From the NCBI GenBank assembly GCA_951406725.2, contig OX597825.1:9982001-10046000 (forward strand): 64,000 bases of DNA. The letters are read 5' to 3'. Of this stretch, positions 39,321 through 53,459 are shown piece after piece. The stretch comes from Octopus vulgaris. Lineage: Eukaryota. The notes under the pieces were generated by a model. It had not been told where the DNA came from. It made no database searches and was given only the letters and a program-made list of their open reading frames with translations. Made by a program: the position numbers and the translations under genes. The number at the start of each line of letters is the position of its first letter. Position 1 is the first letter of the stretch.

Positions 39321-39793
39321 GCCACCACCACGACAAGTACCAACCGATATAACCGTGAAGAACATAAAGGATTTGATCTGACCTCTGAAATCATTAAAAT
39401 ATTTAATCTATGCATATTTTATATTACAGATCATATTTTTTAAAATTAAAACACCAGTTAATCTTTCCAGATATTTCACAACGGACGATAAAAACCAAAT
39501 ATAAAAAATTAGTAAGAATTCATTTCAATCAGTTTTATAAAAGTTTAACGAGTTTCTTTTTAACGTTAAAACGTGAGTTTTTCTGGACGAAGTCTCATAC
39601 TCTGAGCTTCAATTATAATCTCACATGTTAAAGTTGAACTCATTTACATACTGCAGATATTTAAATGTTTATTTAAAATTTTACTCAACAGAAATGAGAT
39701 ATCTTCAGGAATAATGAAAACAGAATTTTTTAAAGTATAATATTGGTAGTAATGAGAGTGACTGCAACGCCACCTGACGCAATTAACTGACAC

Positions 39794-40057
39794 CTCAGAA
39801 CGTAGCGGCAAACGAAATACCTTTTTTTTTTTTACTACCCACAAGGGGCTAAACACAGAGAGGACAAACAAGGACAGACAAAGGGATTAAGTCGATTATA
39901 TCGACTCCAGTACGCAACTGGTACTTACTTAATCGACCCCGAAAGGATGAAAGGCAAAGTCGACCTCGGCGGAATTTGAACTCAGAACGTAACGGCAGAC
40001 GAAACACCGCTACGCATTTCGCCCGGCGTGCTAACGATTCTGCTAGCTCGTCGCCTT
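39794..40057 (-). mobile_element. SINE family A (full copy plus partial tandem head)
   Basis: Head, core and tail match 8009-8242. Confidence 0.88.
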
Positions 40058-40604
40058 TACATTGACTTCTTTTATTACTTTGAGTTATGTCAAAGATACA
40101 ACAATAATAATATGTAATTAGAGTAGAGACATTTTTCGAACACTTTGATGATAAATACCGCCCTAACACTCGTTATGATGAATCCTATAAAATAGCGTGT
40201 GTCTTGTTATCGAGTATATTTTATGGTGCTTTTACACCTTTTATCACAAGAAAGAATTTTTTCTCTACTATGATTTCAGTGAATTTGTCTTTAGAGGTTA
40301 AATATATCACAAACATGACTAATCTTAAGTTCGTTTATTCTTACATACTGCTTGGTGTTGTGGAGGTGTGTGGTCTAGTGGTTAGGGTACTGGATTTGTG
40401 ATCGTATGATTGTGGCTTCGATTCTTGGACCGGACGACGCGTTGTGATCTTGAGCAAAACATTTCATTTCACGTTGCTTCAGATCGCTCAACTGGCAAAA
40501 AAAATGAGTAATCCTGCTACGAACCGGCGTCCCGTTCACGTGGGGGCATATACGCCATAGAAACCGGGAAACCGGCCCTATGAGCCTCCATGACTTGGGA
40601 AGGA

Positions 40605-40745
40605 ACTCATTCTTTGTAAGCCTGGTACTTATTCTATCGGTCTATTTTACCGAACCGCAAACACCAGCATCGGTTGTCAAGCGATGTTGGTGGGACAAAC
40701 TCAGACACACACAAACATATACATCTCTCTCTCTCTCTCTCTCTA

Positions 40746-40821
<76 letters not shown>

Positions 40822-41030
40822 TGTATGTATGTATGTGTATCTATGTTTCTCCCCCTAACATCGCTTGACAACCGACGGGCTTCTTTCAGTTTCCCTCTAC
40901 CAAATCTACTCACAAGGCTTTGGTCGACCCGAGGCTCGAGGCTATAGTAGAAGACACTTGCCATGCTGTGGGACTGAACCCAGAACCCTGTGGTAAGCAA
41001 GCTACTTACCACACAGCCACTCCTACGCTT
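40605..41030 (-). mobile_element. SINE family B with expanded internal microsatellite
   Basis: Matches 57801-58232. Confidence 0.8.
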
Positions 41031-41694
41031 ATTTATTCATTAATAAAAAACAGCAAATATCATTTGCATCGTGATAAATCCCACATCGAGGAATTCAATA
41101 GTTCTTTTTAGTATTTAGTATCCTAAATGTACCTTTAGTATCCACGTGCTTTAGTATCCTAAAACACGTGACTATGTTGCTTAATGGTTAATCCGTGAAT
41201 GACTGTTCTACAATGGTTCCTACTTTTCTGGGTTAACCAGTTCTATACTACCATATTAAACAACGATGCACTTTTAAACTACACAATTTTAAAAGATTTT
41301 CAACCTCATTAACTTCACCTTTACAACCTTCACCATCGCCGCACCACTTTTCCACCGTCTTCATTAGCATCTTATCAATAACCGTGACCATCACCATATG
41401 CATACTGAAAATACTCTCACCGCTACTATTAATATCAGTACATGCAAAAACAACAGTTTAATTATCTTAACAGATGTGGAATATCTCTTCGCAAGGTATC
41501 ACCTTACACCTGTTTAAGTTACAAGGTAAGTAAACCTGAGAAACACAGTTTCAGTTCTTAATTGACAGGGCGGTTCTCGTAGAAGAAACGATAGTGCACC
41601 AGACTAAATATCTCCTAATAATTAGCTTCTCTCCCCGGCATTTTGAGTTCGAATTCCAAGAGTTTACTTTGTAAACATCCTCTCTCTAAAAAAT

Positions 41695-42116
41695 GCGGCG
41701 AGCTGGCAGAAGCATTAGCACGCCGGGCGGTATTTCGTCTGTCGTTACGTTGTGAGTTCAAATTCCGCTGAGGTCGACTTTGCCTTTCATCCTTTCGAGG
41801 TCGATAAATTAAGTACCAGTTACACACTGGGGTCGATATAATCGACTTAATCCGTTTGTCTGTCCTTGTTTGTCCCCTCTATGTTTAGCTCTTGTGGGTA
41901 ATAATGGTTAGCACGCCGGGCGAAATTCTTAGCGGTATTTCGTATGTCGCTACGTTCTGAGTTCAAATTCCGCCGAGGTCGACTTTGTCTTTCATCCTTT
42001 CGGGGTCGATAAATAAAGTACCAGTTTCGCACTGGGGTCGATGTAATCGACTTAATCCCTTTGTCTGTCCTTGTTCGTCCCCTCTATGTTTAGCCCCTTG
42101 TGGGTAGTAAAGAAAT
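41695..42116 (+). mobile_element. Tandem dimer of SINE family A
   Basis: Two consecutive head-core-tail units at 41695-41900 and 41907-42116. Confidence 0.88.
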
Positions 42117-42371
42117 ATATATATACATACTGAAATAAGAACGGAGACGTTAAGCGGTTGCCTCCACATTCTATGGCAAGTGGTGAGACGTGTGAATGAG
42201 TCGACCGGTATCAACACTCTGCAAAGAGTGATTCACAGAGGACTAGCTTCATTTTGATGTATGCTACATGTTCCTGTGTTGGTAATTATACATGTCCTAA
42301 ACAAAATGGCATTACTTTTTGACATCGCAGCTGCTGAAGTTCAAGACTACCATTATTCAAATCACCCTCGT

Positions 42372-42994
42372 GGATCTTTTCCTTTTGAAGGGCAGATTTC
42401 AACACAATTTCTAGTTAACTAAACACTTTTAAACTTCGTATACTGGTAGAATGTGTTTATAAAACATCATTTTCTCTTGGTTTTATTGAGAAAATTCTAT
42501 AGTTTGTAAGATATTTCGTCTGAAAATCCGAGCATTTCGGCATTTTTAACCAATCGATTACCTCCATTTAACTAAAATCATTTGCTGCGTCTAAAACTGA
42601 GATAACATCCTGTAACTAACCCTAAACCTCCCCCCCTAACCCTAAATTTTTTTTTTAATTGTTAAATTAATTTAATTCCATTGCTTTAGTTTTTTTACAC
42701 GCGTAACAAATTAATTTAACAATTAAGAAAAAAAAATTTAGGGTTAGGTGTGAGGTTTAGGGTTAGTTACAGGATGTTGTCTCAGTTTTAGACGCAGCAA
42801 ATGATTTTAGCTCAAAAGAGAGCATAGGATTGGTTAAAATTCGAAAAATTAAACTACGTTAAACAAACATATTACAATTTTCTCAAGAAAGCCAAGAGAA
42901 AAAAATGTTTTATTTTGACACATTCTACCAGTATCCGAAGTTTTAAAGTGTTTAGTTAACTAGAAATTGTCTGCCGTTCAAAAGGAAAAGATGC
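42372..42994. mobile_element. Fold-back non-autonomous DNA transposon (Mutator-like) with ~300-bp arms
   Basis: TIRs GGATCTTTTCCTTTTGAA.GGCAGA; 9-bp TSD CACCCTCGT/CCCCCTCGT (42363-42371, 42995-43003); internal TAACCCTAAA/TTTAGGGTTA motifs. Confidence 0.85.
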
Positions 42995-43539
42995 CCCCCT
43001 CGTTAGTAAGGGTGAAGAGTGACAGAAAGTGCCACGGCCACTTCTCGCCTGCAATTTAGAATTTAGAATTTTAAATGCTATTTTAATAAAAAAAAAAAAA
43101 ACCTGACACTAATTCGGTCAATGTTTACAGACATAATAGTGTCTTCTTGACGATGACCTGCAGAATTCAGTGTACTGTCCACGTAGACATTGAAAATGCA
43201 TGCATTAGATCTTAACTGAATTACATGCAAGCTGATAATCCCGCGTTCGACATGTCATTTCGAGCCTATCAGAGATAAGATGCGGATGTTGTGAACCACA
43301 TAGAACAGTCGGTTGTATGAATAGAAGCCAGTTTGTATGATTGGACCGAATAAAGTAGTGATTCTTCTTGTGACAGATGCCATTTATTTTCAACAAAATG
43401 TTAATTCTTTGCAAAATAGCATTGAATATTGATCAGTTTTCCACAAGCGAAAGCAGCGGATTAGTTCTGTTATTGGGGAAAGTCGTTCGTGAAAGATTTT
43501 AACAACGAAAAAATAAAAAATGTATCCCCGGCTTCTACT

Positions 43540-43664
43540 CTTTCTTTCTTTCTTTCTTTCTTTCTTTCCTTCTTTCTTCCTTTCCTTCTTTCTTTCTTTC
43601 TTCCTTCCTTCCTTTCTTTCTTTCCTTCCTTCTTTCTTTCTTCTTTCTTTCTTTTCTTTCTTTT

Positions 43665-43713
<49 letters not shown>

Positions 43714-43892
43714 TTTCCTTTCTTTCTTTCTTTCTTTCTTTCTTTATTTCCTTCTTTCTTTCTTTCTTTCTTCCTTCCTTCTCTCTTCCTTCCTTCCTTT
43801 CTTTCTTTCTTTCTTTCCTTCTTCTTTTCTGTCCTTCTTTCTTTCTTTCCTTCTTTCCTTCTTTCTTTCTTTCTTTCTTTCTTTCTCTCTCT

Positions 43893-43935
<43 letters not shown>
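43540..43935. repeat. (TTTC)n/(TTCC)n/(CT)n tract
   Basis: Direct inspection. Confidence 0.95.
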
Positions 43936-43937
<2 letters not shown>

Positions 43938-44164
43938 CCCCACATACAGGCACACACACATACACACACGCATACGCGAGAAGTATTTCTTCTTTGTTGT
44001 ATGATCCTAGCATACTATTTTAGCGTAGTGGTAACACCTCTATTCTTCTTAGTCGGCTGTTCACAAGGTGGGAAAGTTGCGCGTGTAGACAAAAACCATA
44101 CTAAAATTTGAGTTTCCAAATATTTTATTGACCTGCGTCGTTATATTTAAAAATATTTGTTGTG

Positions 44165-44357
44165 ACTCCCTTCGGTCATGAATGACCATAGGACTGCACC
44201 TAGTAAGTTACCCTCCGAGGCACAAGTCCGGGCAAGGTTATTTATGGAAGACCAGCAGTCGCCCACGCATACCAGATTCCCCTCTCCACGCCACCAGTGT
44301 TATCCAAGGGAAAGGCAAAAGCCGATACAGCTTGACACCAGTGACATCGCAGCTCAT
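44165..44357 (-). mobile_element. SINE 3' part with Deu/Nin-domain-like sequence
   Basis: Minus strand GGGCGACTGCTGGTCTTCCATAAATAACCTTGCCCGGACTTGTGCC resembles the Deu domain from memory; not database-verified. Confidence 0.4.
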
Positions 44358-44364
44358 TCACTAA

Positions 44365-44665
44365 CGTTCAAGTGGCTGAGTACTCCACAGGCACGTGTAC
44401 CCTTAACGTAGATCCCGGGGAGATTCAGCGTGACACAGAGTGTGGCAAGGCTGGCCCTTTGAAATACAGGTACAACAGAAACAGGAAGAAAGACTGAGAG
44501 GAAGTTGTGGTGAAAGAGTACAGTAGCGTTCACCCCCCCCCCCCCCTGCCGGGGTTTCGTGGAGCCGTAGGTGTTTTCGCTCAATAAACACTCACAATGC
44601 TCAGTCTGGGAAACGAAACTGCGATCCCACGACCGCGTGTCCGCTGCCCTAATTACTAGGCCAAT
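44365..44665 (-). mobile_element. SINE family C
   Basis: Reverse complement of 34965-35250. Confidence 0.85.
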
Positions 44666-44929
44666 TACAAATATACATCCAATAAATTAATTGATTGATG
44701 TTCATTGAACATAACGGTTTGGAATCTTCTGTATATACCTTGCTGGATAATATAATGAAGGTAGCACAAAGAAATTAATTACTGCATGTAATTAATTTGT
44801 TACTAGACACCACAGGTTAAGGTGGTATCTTTTGTCAACTACGATATAAGCATGTTACTTAAAAATGAGAGAGAATACAACTTAAGAGAAGCGACATAGA
44901 TTCCCCTTGAAAGCTTAGCGCTTCTCTAG

Positions 44930-45605
44930 CAGTGGCAACTCGTAGATAAAATTAATGGGGGCGCTGCTTCAGAAAATTTTTAGCTGTTGTTTTAATATTG
45001 TGTAAAAGGAAATAAACATATAAAAACAAAATTTTATACATAAACTTGATCGGTTCTCATTTTAGCCACTGCCGAGTAGTGTGTCTAATTTGTTCACTGA
45101 ACACCGCCGCGAATTCCCCCTTGTTTTTCAAAAATCTCCCCTAAATCAGAAAATAAGGGGGAAATCTGCCTTGATTTTCAAATACTGGCAGCAACACTGA
45201 AGTTGGAAACAGTATAATAATCTAATTCCATAGTTTATCACATTCAAGAATATAAACGCGTTTTTAAGCACAACACACGCTGAGTCAAAAAGAAACACTA
45301 TTTTTTACTCGGCACTGTCATTCACGCAGTGCTCTCTCTCCCTAAGTGAAGCTTCCTATCTCGGACATGTGAGCATGTGCACAACAGCTAAACACTGCAT
45401 CACTGGGACTGTGAAACGCGCAGTTCTATATAAGGATTTTTGTATTTTTTCATAAATAAGGGGAAGGCTACTGACATTAAGATTATATAATGTATAAAGA
45501 GAGAATTAAAGAAAAATAGGACTCGTTATATTGAATGTTATCGATAATATTGAGTGGAAATAGGGGTGATGCAGTTCCGCAGTTCCTATATACTAGCCAC
45601 CACTG
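44930..45605. mobile_element. Non-autonomous hAT element
   Basis: Termini CAGTGG.../...CCACTG; perfect 8-bp TSD TTCTCTAG at 44922-44929 and 45606-45613. Confidence 0.8.
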
Positions 45606-47200
45606 TTCTCTAGGTAAGTTGAATTTGCCAATCTTTTTATAGCTGTTAACCATACTTCAAGAATCTTCGACCAAACTGTTTGGTAGCAAACTCACTACTT
45701 TTGAAAATCGCCACGTTAACCATAACAAGTTAGCCAGTGCTGATTAGTCAATATATATTCACGCAGGTGTTAATTACTTTTATGGCGACACGTATTCTTT
45801 TATGGAAATATATTAGTTCGTGGTACTAGACTGGGGGAGAAAATAAGAGCTACAGTTCAAATCTCAGCCAATATCCAGTGAAACTATCAAAAGTTTATCG
45901 TCAATTTCTTTTTATCACACTTACGACTTTTGTTATCAAAATATATTCAAAATGTACAAATACTATTTTGTTATCTGCCAATGAATCGATTGAGCATCAT
46001 TCAACATTTCGGACTTATTATTTTCCATTATGTTATAGATTCTATATCGAGTCTCTTCTGTCATAAATAATTTTTTTTAAAAATAAAACATCAATAAGAT
46101 ACATAAAAAGCAGTAATATCACATAAAAAAAATAAGCCTCTCTCCATTAAGATAAGAATTCACATTCAATATAATATAAACCGACACACGTTTGTGTTTC
46201 CGTTTGTGTAAGTTTGACATCAATGTTACGTTCCAATAGAAAACCACAAATGTTAGTCTTGTTTAAGTCTAAGGTGATGCTTGTCTATTGACTACCTGCT
46301 TAATTCTTTTCAACGAGTTTTCTCACGTTTATTGTATCGGATACAGTATTATCTGATAGCTTTTTTTTTTCCTATTATTTCCTTGCGATTTTGTTGAAGA
46401 AGTTTAAAAGGGCGTGTATGATGCATCAGTTTAATGTTACATTGAATGAGTTCATTTCTCTAACGTAGATGTTATAATGTTAGCATAAGATCATGCATTC
46501 AAGTATAGAGATAAACTGTTGCCTGATATATTTTAGTCTTGGATGTTTTGTAGTTCTTCTTCCTTCCTTCCTTCCCTCCATTCCTTCTTTCTTTCATTTC
46601 TTTTTATTTTACATTTATTTCCCCCCAAGCTTTCATCGGTGTAATGATTGATTTTTCTTTACTTTGCTGGAGCAATTGCATTTGTGCCCGGGCGCTTGGT
46701 TGTATCATCAAACTATACAACTATAAAGTAAGAAGGAAACCCGTTTTAGTCATTCTTCTTTCTGTCATTCACACACACACACACACGCAAAGATGTTAGT
46801 CTCGTTCATGGACCCAGAATAGTGAATACAGCAATAAGGCTTGAACTGCTGCCTGCATCGACCAAATGGATAGCCAACAACGACGATAAGCACTCTGTAG
46901 AAAATGAAAGAAATTTTGAAAACATACAAAATTTTCACTATGCACACACACACACACACACACACGTATATATGTACGTTTTTATATGTACGTGTGTGTG
47001 TGTGTGTGTGTATGTGTGTATAAGTAAAAAGGAAGCCGAACACAAGCATGCTTGATGAGTATAATTTATATGAAATACAAATAAACAAGATGAATTATGC
47101 AATAGTCTTATCTTGACATCTGTTTCGAATGAACCATAGCTTACGAATATCTATACTACGCTCGTTTTACAGTTCTCGTACACATTACATTATTTCTACC

Positions 47201-47293
<93 letters not shown>

Positions 47294-47322
47294 CCAGTGG
47301 TTAGCATTATTACCCTCATATT

Positions 47323-47373
<51 letters not shown>

Positions 47374-49103
47374 CATATGCATATACATACATGTGTGTGT
47401 GTGTAGATAGACAGTTCAATAAATAGATAGATAGAGAGAGAAAGAAAGAGTGAGAGAGATTAAATGATAGATAGTATGTGCATATGTATATGTGTGTAAG
47501 TATATGTATGTGTGTATAAACACACATATACACACGTTCAGTTGCATGAAGGTTAATTCAGTGATCTCTGTCAAAACGCCTTATTAGGTCTCCAACCAAA
47601 TTCTCTCACCCCATAGCGTTTTCCATTCGACGAATGTTAGCAAGAAAATTATGTGATTAGGAAATTGATTGGCCGTAATTAGACGACCGCTTCAGATCTT
47701 TATTCTCGGCTCAATTTGCCTTCGCACTTTTATATTTCCCTGTCTCTAACCTCCAGCTCATTCCTATATTATCTGCATCTCTCTTGCATATGACTATCCT
47801 TCTGATATTTCTATCTGTAAATATTTATCCAAACTTAGGGCGGTGAGCTGGCAGAATTTTTATCACTCTGGGAAAAACGCTTAGCGATTTTTTGTCTGTC
47901 TACGTTCTGAGTATTAATTCTGCTCGAGATCTAATTTGCCTTTCATGCTTTCGGGGTCGATAAAATAAGTACCAGTTGAATACTGGGTTTGATGTAATCC
48001 ACTTACACCCTCTCTCGAAACTTCTGGCCTTGTGCCAAAATTTGAAACCAATATTTACCCAATCTGACCGTATATACTCTGATCTTCTATAATATCTTTA
48101 TAATTACATAAACAAACAAGTATCTATGAGCTTGTACGAATATACACACACACGTATATACTTACTCATGCATTTACACACGTACAGAAATATAAATATG
48201 CATTATGCACAACATTGTGTGAATCAGAAGACCTGAAATAAACATTATAAACCCTTACTGTAGGTAAAATAAGAATGCAAAGACGTACGTTTTATACCTC
48301 TGATGTACAAAACAAGGAAGGAGTCTCCAGGTTTGTTAACCGCTCCTCTAACAAGATGTCCCTAGCTTCCTTCACCAATCAATGGTATAGAACAGTTACT
48401 ACATAAAGCAATCATAAACTAGGCTAGCACCGCTGTTGATAGCCCAATGTGGATATTTGTGCTTTCGATAACTCATCATTAATTAAACAACATCTATTAT
48501 CTATTTTTATACACACGTAAGTCCGATGAAATTAAGTCAATTTAAACATTACGGCGCATCATTGTGTGTTAAATATGAACATAACCACATTATTTATATA
48601 CGATTGATGTTCGTATCAAAACGGAGGGAGTCTTTTATGGAGATGCTCAATGTATTGAATTTCTTCGGAGAAGACTTTTCTCCCAAAATAGTATCGATCA
48701 GCAGCTGTATAAAGCAATCTTAGTGGATAAAGCGTAAATACATTCTCATTTAACCTACAGTGAAGCATTGTAATGGTTCAATATGTTTCAGTTTTTCAGA
48801 TTTACGTGTGCATAAAAACAGATAATAACTATATTATGTCAAAAGTACGAAAATATGCAAACAAGACTATCCACTACGGTGCTATCTTAATTCGTGACTG
48901 AACCTGTAACCATATAGTTGGGAAGCAAACTTCTTACCACACAGCTACACTTTCACCTATATCACACAGCAATGCCTTCAACTATTGAGAGAGATTTGTT
49001 TAAATAATGACGACCGTCAAAAGTACAAATATGCAAGTTAGGCTATTCACTACAGTGCTAGTCTAATTTATAAAGGATATTGGTTAAAGAGAGAAGCCGA
49101 TTA

Positions 49104-49147
49104 CATCTCTGACGAGCAGTCAACAACCTACGAAACTCCGTCAGGAG
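49104..49147 (+). ncRNA. Minimal type I hammerhead ribozyme motif
   Basis: CAUCU-CUGACGA-GCAG-UCAACAAC-CUAC-GAAAC-UCC-GUC-AGGAG: intact core, stems I and II each with one mismatch. Confidence 0.6.
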
Positions 49148-49668
49148 ACTCCCTCCTTTCTTTTCCAGCTTGTCAATGGAATAAGATACTGTGACGGTTA
49201 CACACATACATACACAAACACACAAAGATACATATAAAGACAAATGTATTTGTATATGTGTATATGCATACACATACACATATATATGCATATAGGCATA
49301 CATATATATATCTATATAGATATTATATACGCACACACCCACACATCCACGCACACACACAGAGGCACACACACATACATTAGGTCAGGAACCAACGATT
49401 TCTTATCAAAGAATAAAAAATGAGCAAAAAATTGTTGGTGAAAAGATTGACCTGAATGGATATTTCAGAATATTTTATATGAAATATCATTCTTTTTCAA
49501 ACATCAAAGTGCGGAGAAGTGCCGTTCCGGTGTTTTGTATTTTTTTTAAAGAAATTAAAATCGTGTGGTCATGTGACTTATAGAAGTAGGTTTTGGCACA
49601 GCTATTAGAATTTCTAAAGTTACATATACAGTCATTAATAAGAGAAATCTTGTCACGATTAAGCTTAG

Positions 49669-49959
49669 CTAAATAATTAGGGAATAAATAGTTTCTGTTA
49701 AGTTAGATGCATCTGAGTATGATAGTTTAATTGTAATCCTATTGAAAAATTTATATCTACAAGGTGGAAAGTTTTTGTTAAGTAAGGATATTTTTATTAT
49801 AGGACAGTAAGCTTCCATTTTGAATAGGGGATGAAACCAAGTGGTGTTCCTCGATCTTTTATGCTTTTCCTGAATACACTTATTTGGAACCCGACAATGG
49901 TTTTGAACCTTTTGTGCAAATGACGGATATTCTGTTCTTAAATGATACTCTACATTCAA
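49669..49959 (-). pseudogene. Penelope-like element ORF remnant (RT thumb to GIY-YIG linker)
   Basis: KRSRNTTWFHPLF...LLNKNFPPCRYKFFNRITIKLSYSDASNL matches the PLE motif RKRNIIWFNPPF...LIDKHFP...KIFNRNTIKLSYSCMPN. Confidence 0.8.
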
Positions 49960-50289
49960 ATGTACTGAGTCCTTCCCTGTGTGAAAAGTCTCTTTGATCC
50001 TTCTATTAAATGAACTCGATCACGCATACACAAGCATACGTGTGAATGGATGTATGTAGCCATACATATATGTATTCATAATTTTTCCACGCCATTATAA
50101 ATTGTTTAAAGAAATATTTGATATGGTACTTTCCGATATTGCAGCTGTAAAAGTTCTGTGACTTGTCCCAGCAGACTAAATACGCTGCATTATATCGATA
50201 TCAGTTGGCAAATACATAGAGACATTTCATTGTAGCCCGTTTATTGGGTTTCTTGAGTCACTTTGCTTCTGTAAACTTACGAAAACGAT

Positions 50290-50296
50290 GACGGCA

Positions 50297-50330
<34 letters not shown>

Positions 50331-50629
50331 TCATCATCACCACCATCATCATCATCGACCTCACACTGATGATGATTTCCTCCTACTCCTTCTTTTTCTT
50401 GTTCTTCCTCCTACTTCCTTGTTCTTCTTTTTTCTTCTTTTTCTTCCTCCTACTTCCTTCTTCTTCCTCCTTCTCCTTCTCCTCCTCCTCCTCCTCCTAC
50501 TACTACTACTGCTACTTTTTCTTCTTTTTCTTCTTCCTCCTACTTCCTTGTTCTTTTTTCTTCTTTTTCTTCCTCCTACTTCCTTCTTCTTCCTCCTTCT
50601 CCTCCTCCTACTACGACTACTACTACTAC

Positions 50630-50663
<34 letters not shown>

Positions 50664-50795
50664 TCTACTACTACTGCTACTTTTCTTCTTTTTCTTCTTC
50701 CTCCTACTTCCTTGTTCTTCTTTTTTCTTCTTTTTCTTTCTCCTATTTCCTTCTTCTTCCTCTTTCTCCTCCTCATCCTCCTCCTCCTCCTTCTC

Positions 50796-50827
<32 letters not shown>

Positions 50828-50960
50828 GCTTCTACTACTACTGCTGCTTTTTTTTCTTCCTCCTACTTCCTTGCTCTTTTTCTCCTTCCAACTTCTACTT
50901 CCTTGTTGTTGTTCTTCTTTTTCTTCTCCCTCCTTCTACTTCCTCCTTCTTCTTCTTGCA
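50290..50960. repeat. Pyrimidine-rich trinucleotide low-complexity tract with internal unit duplications
   Basis: (CTT)n/(CTC)n/(CTA)n; CTCCTACTTCCTTGTTCTT recurs. Confidence 0.9.
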
Positions 50961-51287
50961 TTATTAGCTTCACATATTCCACAAGCCGAGAGAAACCAAT
51001 AAAAGACAACCCATTGATGGATGCATGATTTCTGATCACAAAGCAAATTTGTCTTCTCTCTGTCACATAAAGGATTGAAGGGTTTCTGTAAAGGAATCAC
51101 AGAATATCTTTCTTGCTCTCCACCTCGAATTGATTACATTGATTCCAATATATGAGTGGTACCTTTTGTAATCAGCCCCGGAGAAATGGAAACTAAAATT
51201 GAACTTGGTGGAGATCGAACTCGGAGCGTACAGAACCAAAACAAATACCGCAAAACTGTTTTTGTTTCCGAATCATAGCAAAATAGC

Positions 51288-51488
51288 GCAGGCGTGGCTG
51301 TGTGGTAAGATATTTGTTTCTCAACCACATGGTGCCGGGTTCATTCCCACTGGTGCGTGGCATCTAGTGCAAGTATCTTCTAATATAGCCTCGAGCCGAC
51401 TAAAGCTCTGTGAGTGGATTTGGCAGACGGAAACTGAAAGAAGCCTGCCGTGTAGGTGTGTATGTGCGCGTGTCTGTGTGTGCGTGTT

Positions 51489-51520
<32 letters not shown>

Positions 51521-51755
51521 TGTGTGTGTATGTATGCATTGTCTGTTTGTCTCCCACTACCGTTTTATAACCGGTGTTAGTTTGTTTACATCCTCGTACT
51601 TTGGAGGTTCGGCCAAAGAAAATGACAGAATAATTACAAAGCTTTAAAAAAAAATGTGTACTGAGGTCAGTTCCTTCGACTAAAAAACTCCTCGAGGCAG
51701 TGCTCCAGCATGGCCGTAGTCTAATGACTGAAACAAGTAAAAGATAAAAGACGAA
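51288..51755 (+). mobile_element. SINE family B
   Basis: GGCGTGGCTGTGTGGTAAG head, GGGTTCATTCCC B-box, microsatellite, GTGCTCCAGCATGGCCG..AATGACTGAAACAAGTAAAAG tail. Confidence 0.82.
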
Positions 51756-53459
51756 AGGATAACACCGATCGTTCATTAGCTAATTATTGACAATGATTAC
51801 AATAATAATTTTTTTAAAAATCGATGTTTCTTCCTCTCTCTTCACCATAACTGTTTGTCTTACACTCCACTTAATATTTTCATTTGCTAATTATGCACTA
51901 ATTAAACAATATGATGAAACACAGCTCAGAAATAATTAACAAATAAACTGGGAAAAATACAATGTAACGAAGCGATTTCTTTGTTACAAACGAAGAATGT
52001 TTTTTATGTATTTATTTCATTTGTTGGGAGTGAGGGCTATGGCTATGTGGTTAAGATGCTCGCTCTGGAATCTCGTGGATTCGGGTTCGATCTCACCTTG
52101 GGCAAGTTGTCACAAACTTGAACCCTGAACCGATCAATGCCTTAAGAGTGAAATTGGTAAACGGAAACTGTGAAGAAGCCTGTCGTATATGTGTGTATGT
52201 GTGTTTGTGTTTGTATTAGTGCACCTCTCCCACCGCTTGATAACGAATGTTGGTTTGTTTACGTCCCCGTAACTTAGAGAATGATATAGAATAAGCATCA
52301 GACCCTTAAAATAAAAACATATAAGGGGCCTTTGTGGTTTTCGTTACTGTCTACAATTTTGTTCCAATTGTTTTCAAATCTGGTATATTAATGAAATTTT
52401 GTATACTAATTATGAAAATTAAATTCATTTTTCTTATAAATCCATAATTAAAAAGTTATTAGCCTTTAAAATTTGCAAAATTTAGGTATTTTAGCCAATC
52501 AGAAGCGAGTATTATACACATCACCGTGGCGAAAAACTCTGTTCCCATAGTAACCAAAGCAAAGAAGCATCACGTGTTCCATAGCTGATTGCGAAAAACT
52601 ATTTCCATAGTAACCAAAGATGCTGCGTATGCTCACAAGGAGTGTAACCACCACGTGTACTATAATTGCTTGTTTTCATAACAGATGGGCCTCACACTTA
52701 ACAAATTGAAAGTACCTGGGCATCTTTAATAAAGCGTGGAAACAAACGCCGGTATAGGACACATCGTTCCATGGTTGACCCTTTTTTTGTGAATTTATGT
52801 GGAGAAGGAGATATGAGAAAGATAATTCATTTTATAAAATCCTAGAGTGTATTGCAAACTTTCGTTCTTGAATTTTTTAAACTAATTTTTGACTGTCATT
52901 TCTAGTAACTCCTGTTAGTTTGTTCGTAGCTTTTAAATATTTAATTTGCTCGCGAATGTTTTAATGTTTTTCACTCTGTTTACTGTAGCTAGTTTAATGT
53001 TTTGACATGCCGGTGCCCCCATCCCCTGATAATGGAAGAGGCAGCGAACCCTCTGTTTTCTGATTGCCCGAAGGATTAATCAAGCAATCGATTAGCTATT
53101 TAGTTAACTAGTAAACCAATTAACGAACAAAAAAAGTGAAATAAAACCCGTGCGTGAGTTTATTATTGGTATAATAACCCTCCCGACACTGAAATCGAGA
53201 AGCACAAGGCCAGCAATTTCAGGATGGGGGATAAGTCGATTATATCGACCCCCAGTACTCCACTGGCGCTTATTTTATCGAGTCCTAAAGGATGAAAGGT
53301 AAAGTCAACCTCGACGGAATTTGAAAAAACTCTGTATAATTGATAAATATTTTGCTTGATTGTCGTCCTGAGTTCAAGATTTTAATTATGCCTGTTTGAC
53401 TTAAACTAGGAACATTGTAGTTCGACGTGAGTAACCTTGTTTAGCACTACTGAAGACTC

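Noticed and set aside
42615-42770. Interstitial telomere
   Set aside because: Only short TTAGGG-like motifs, internal to a MITE
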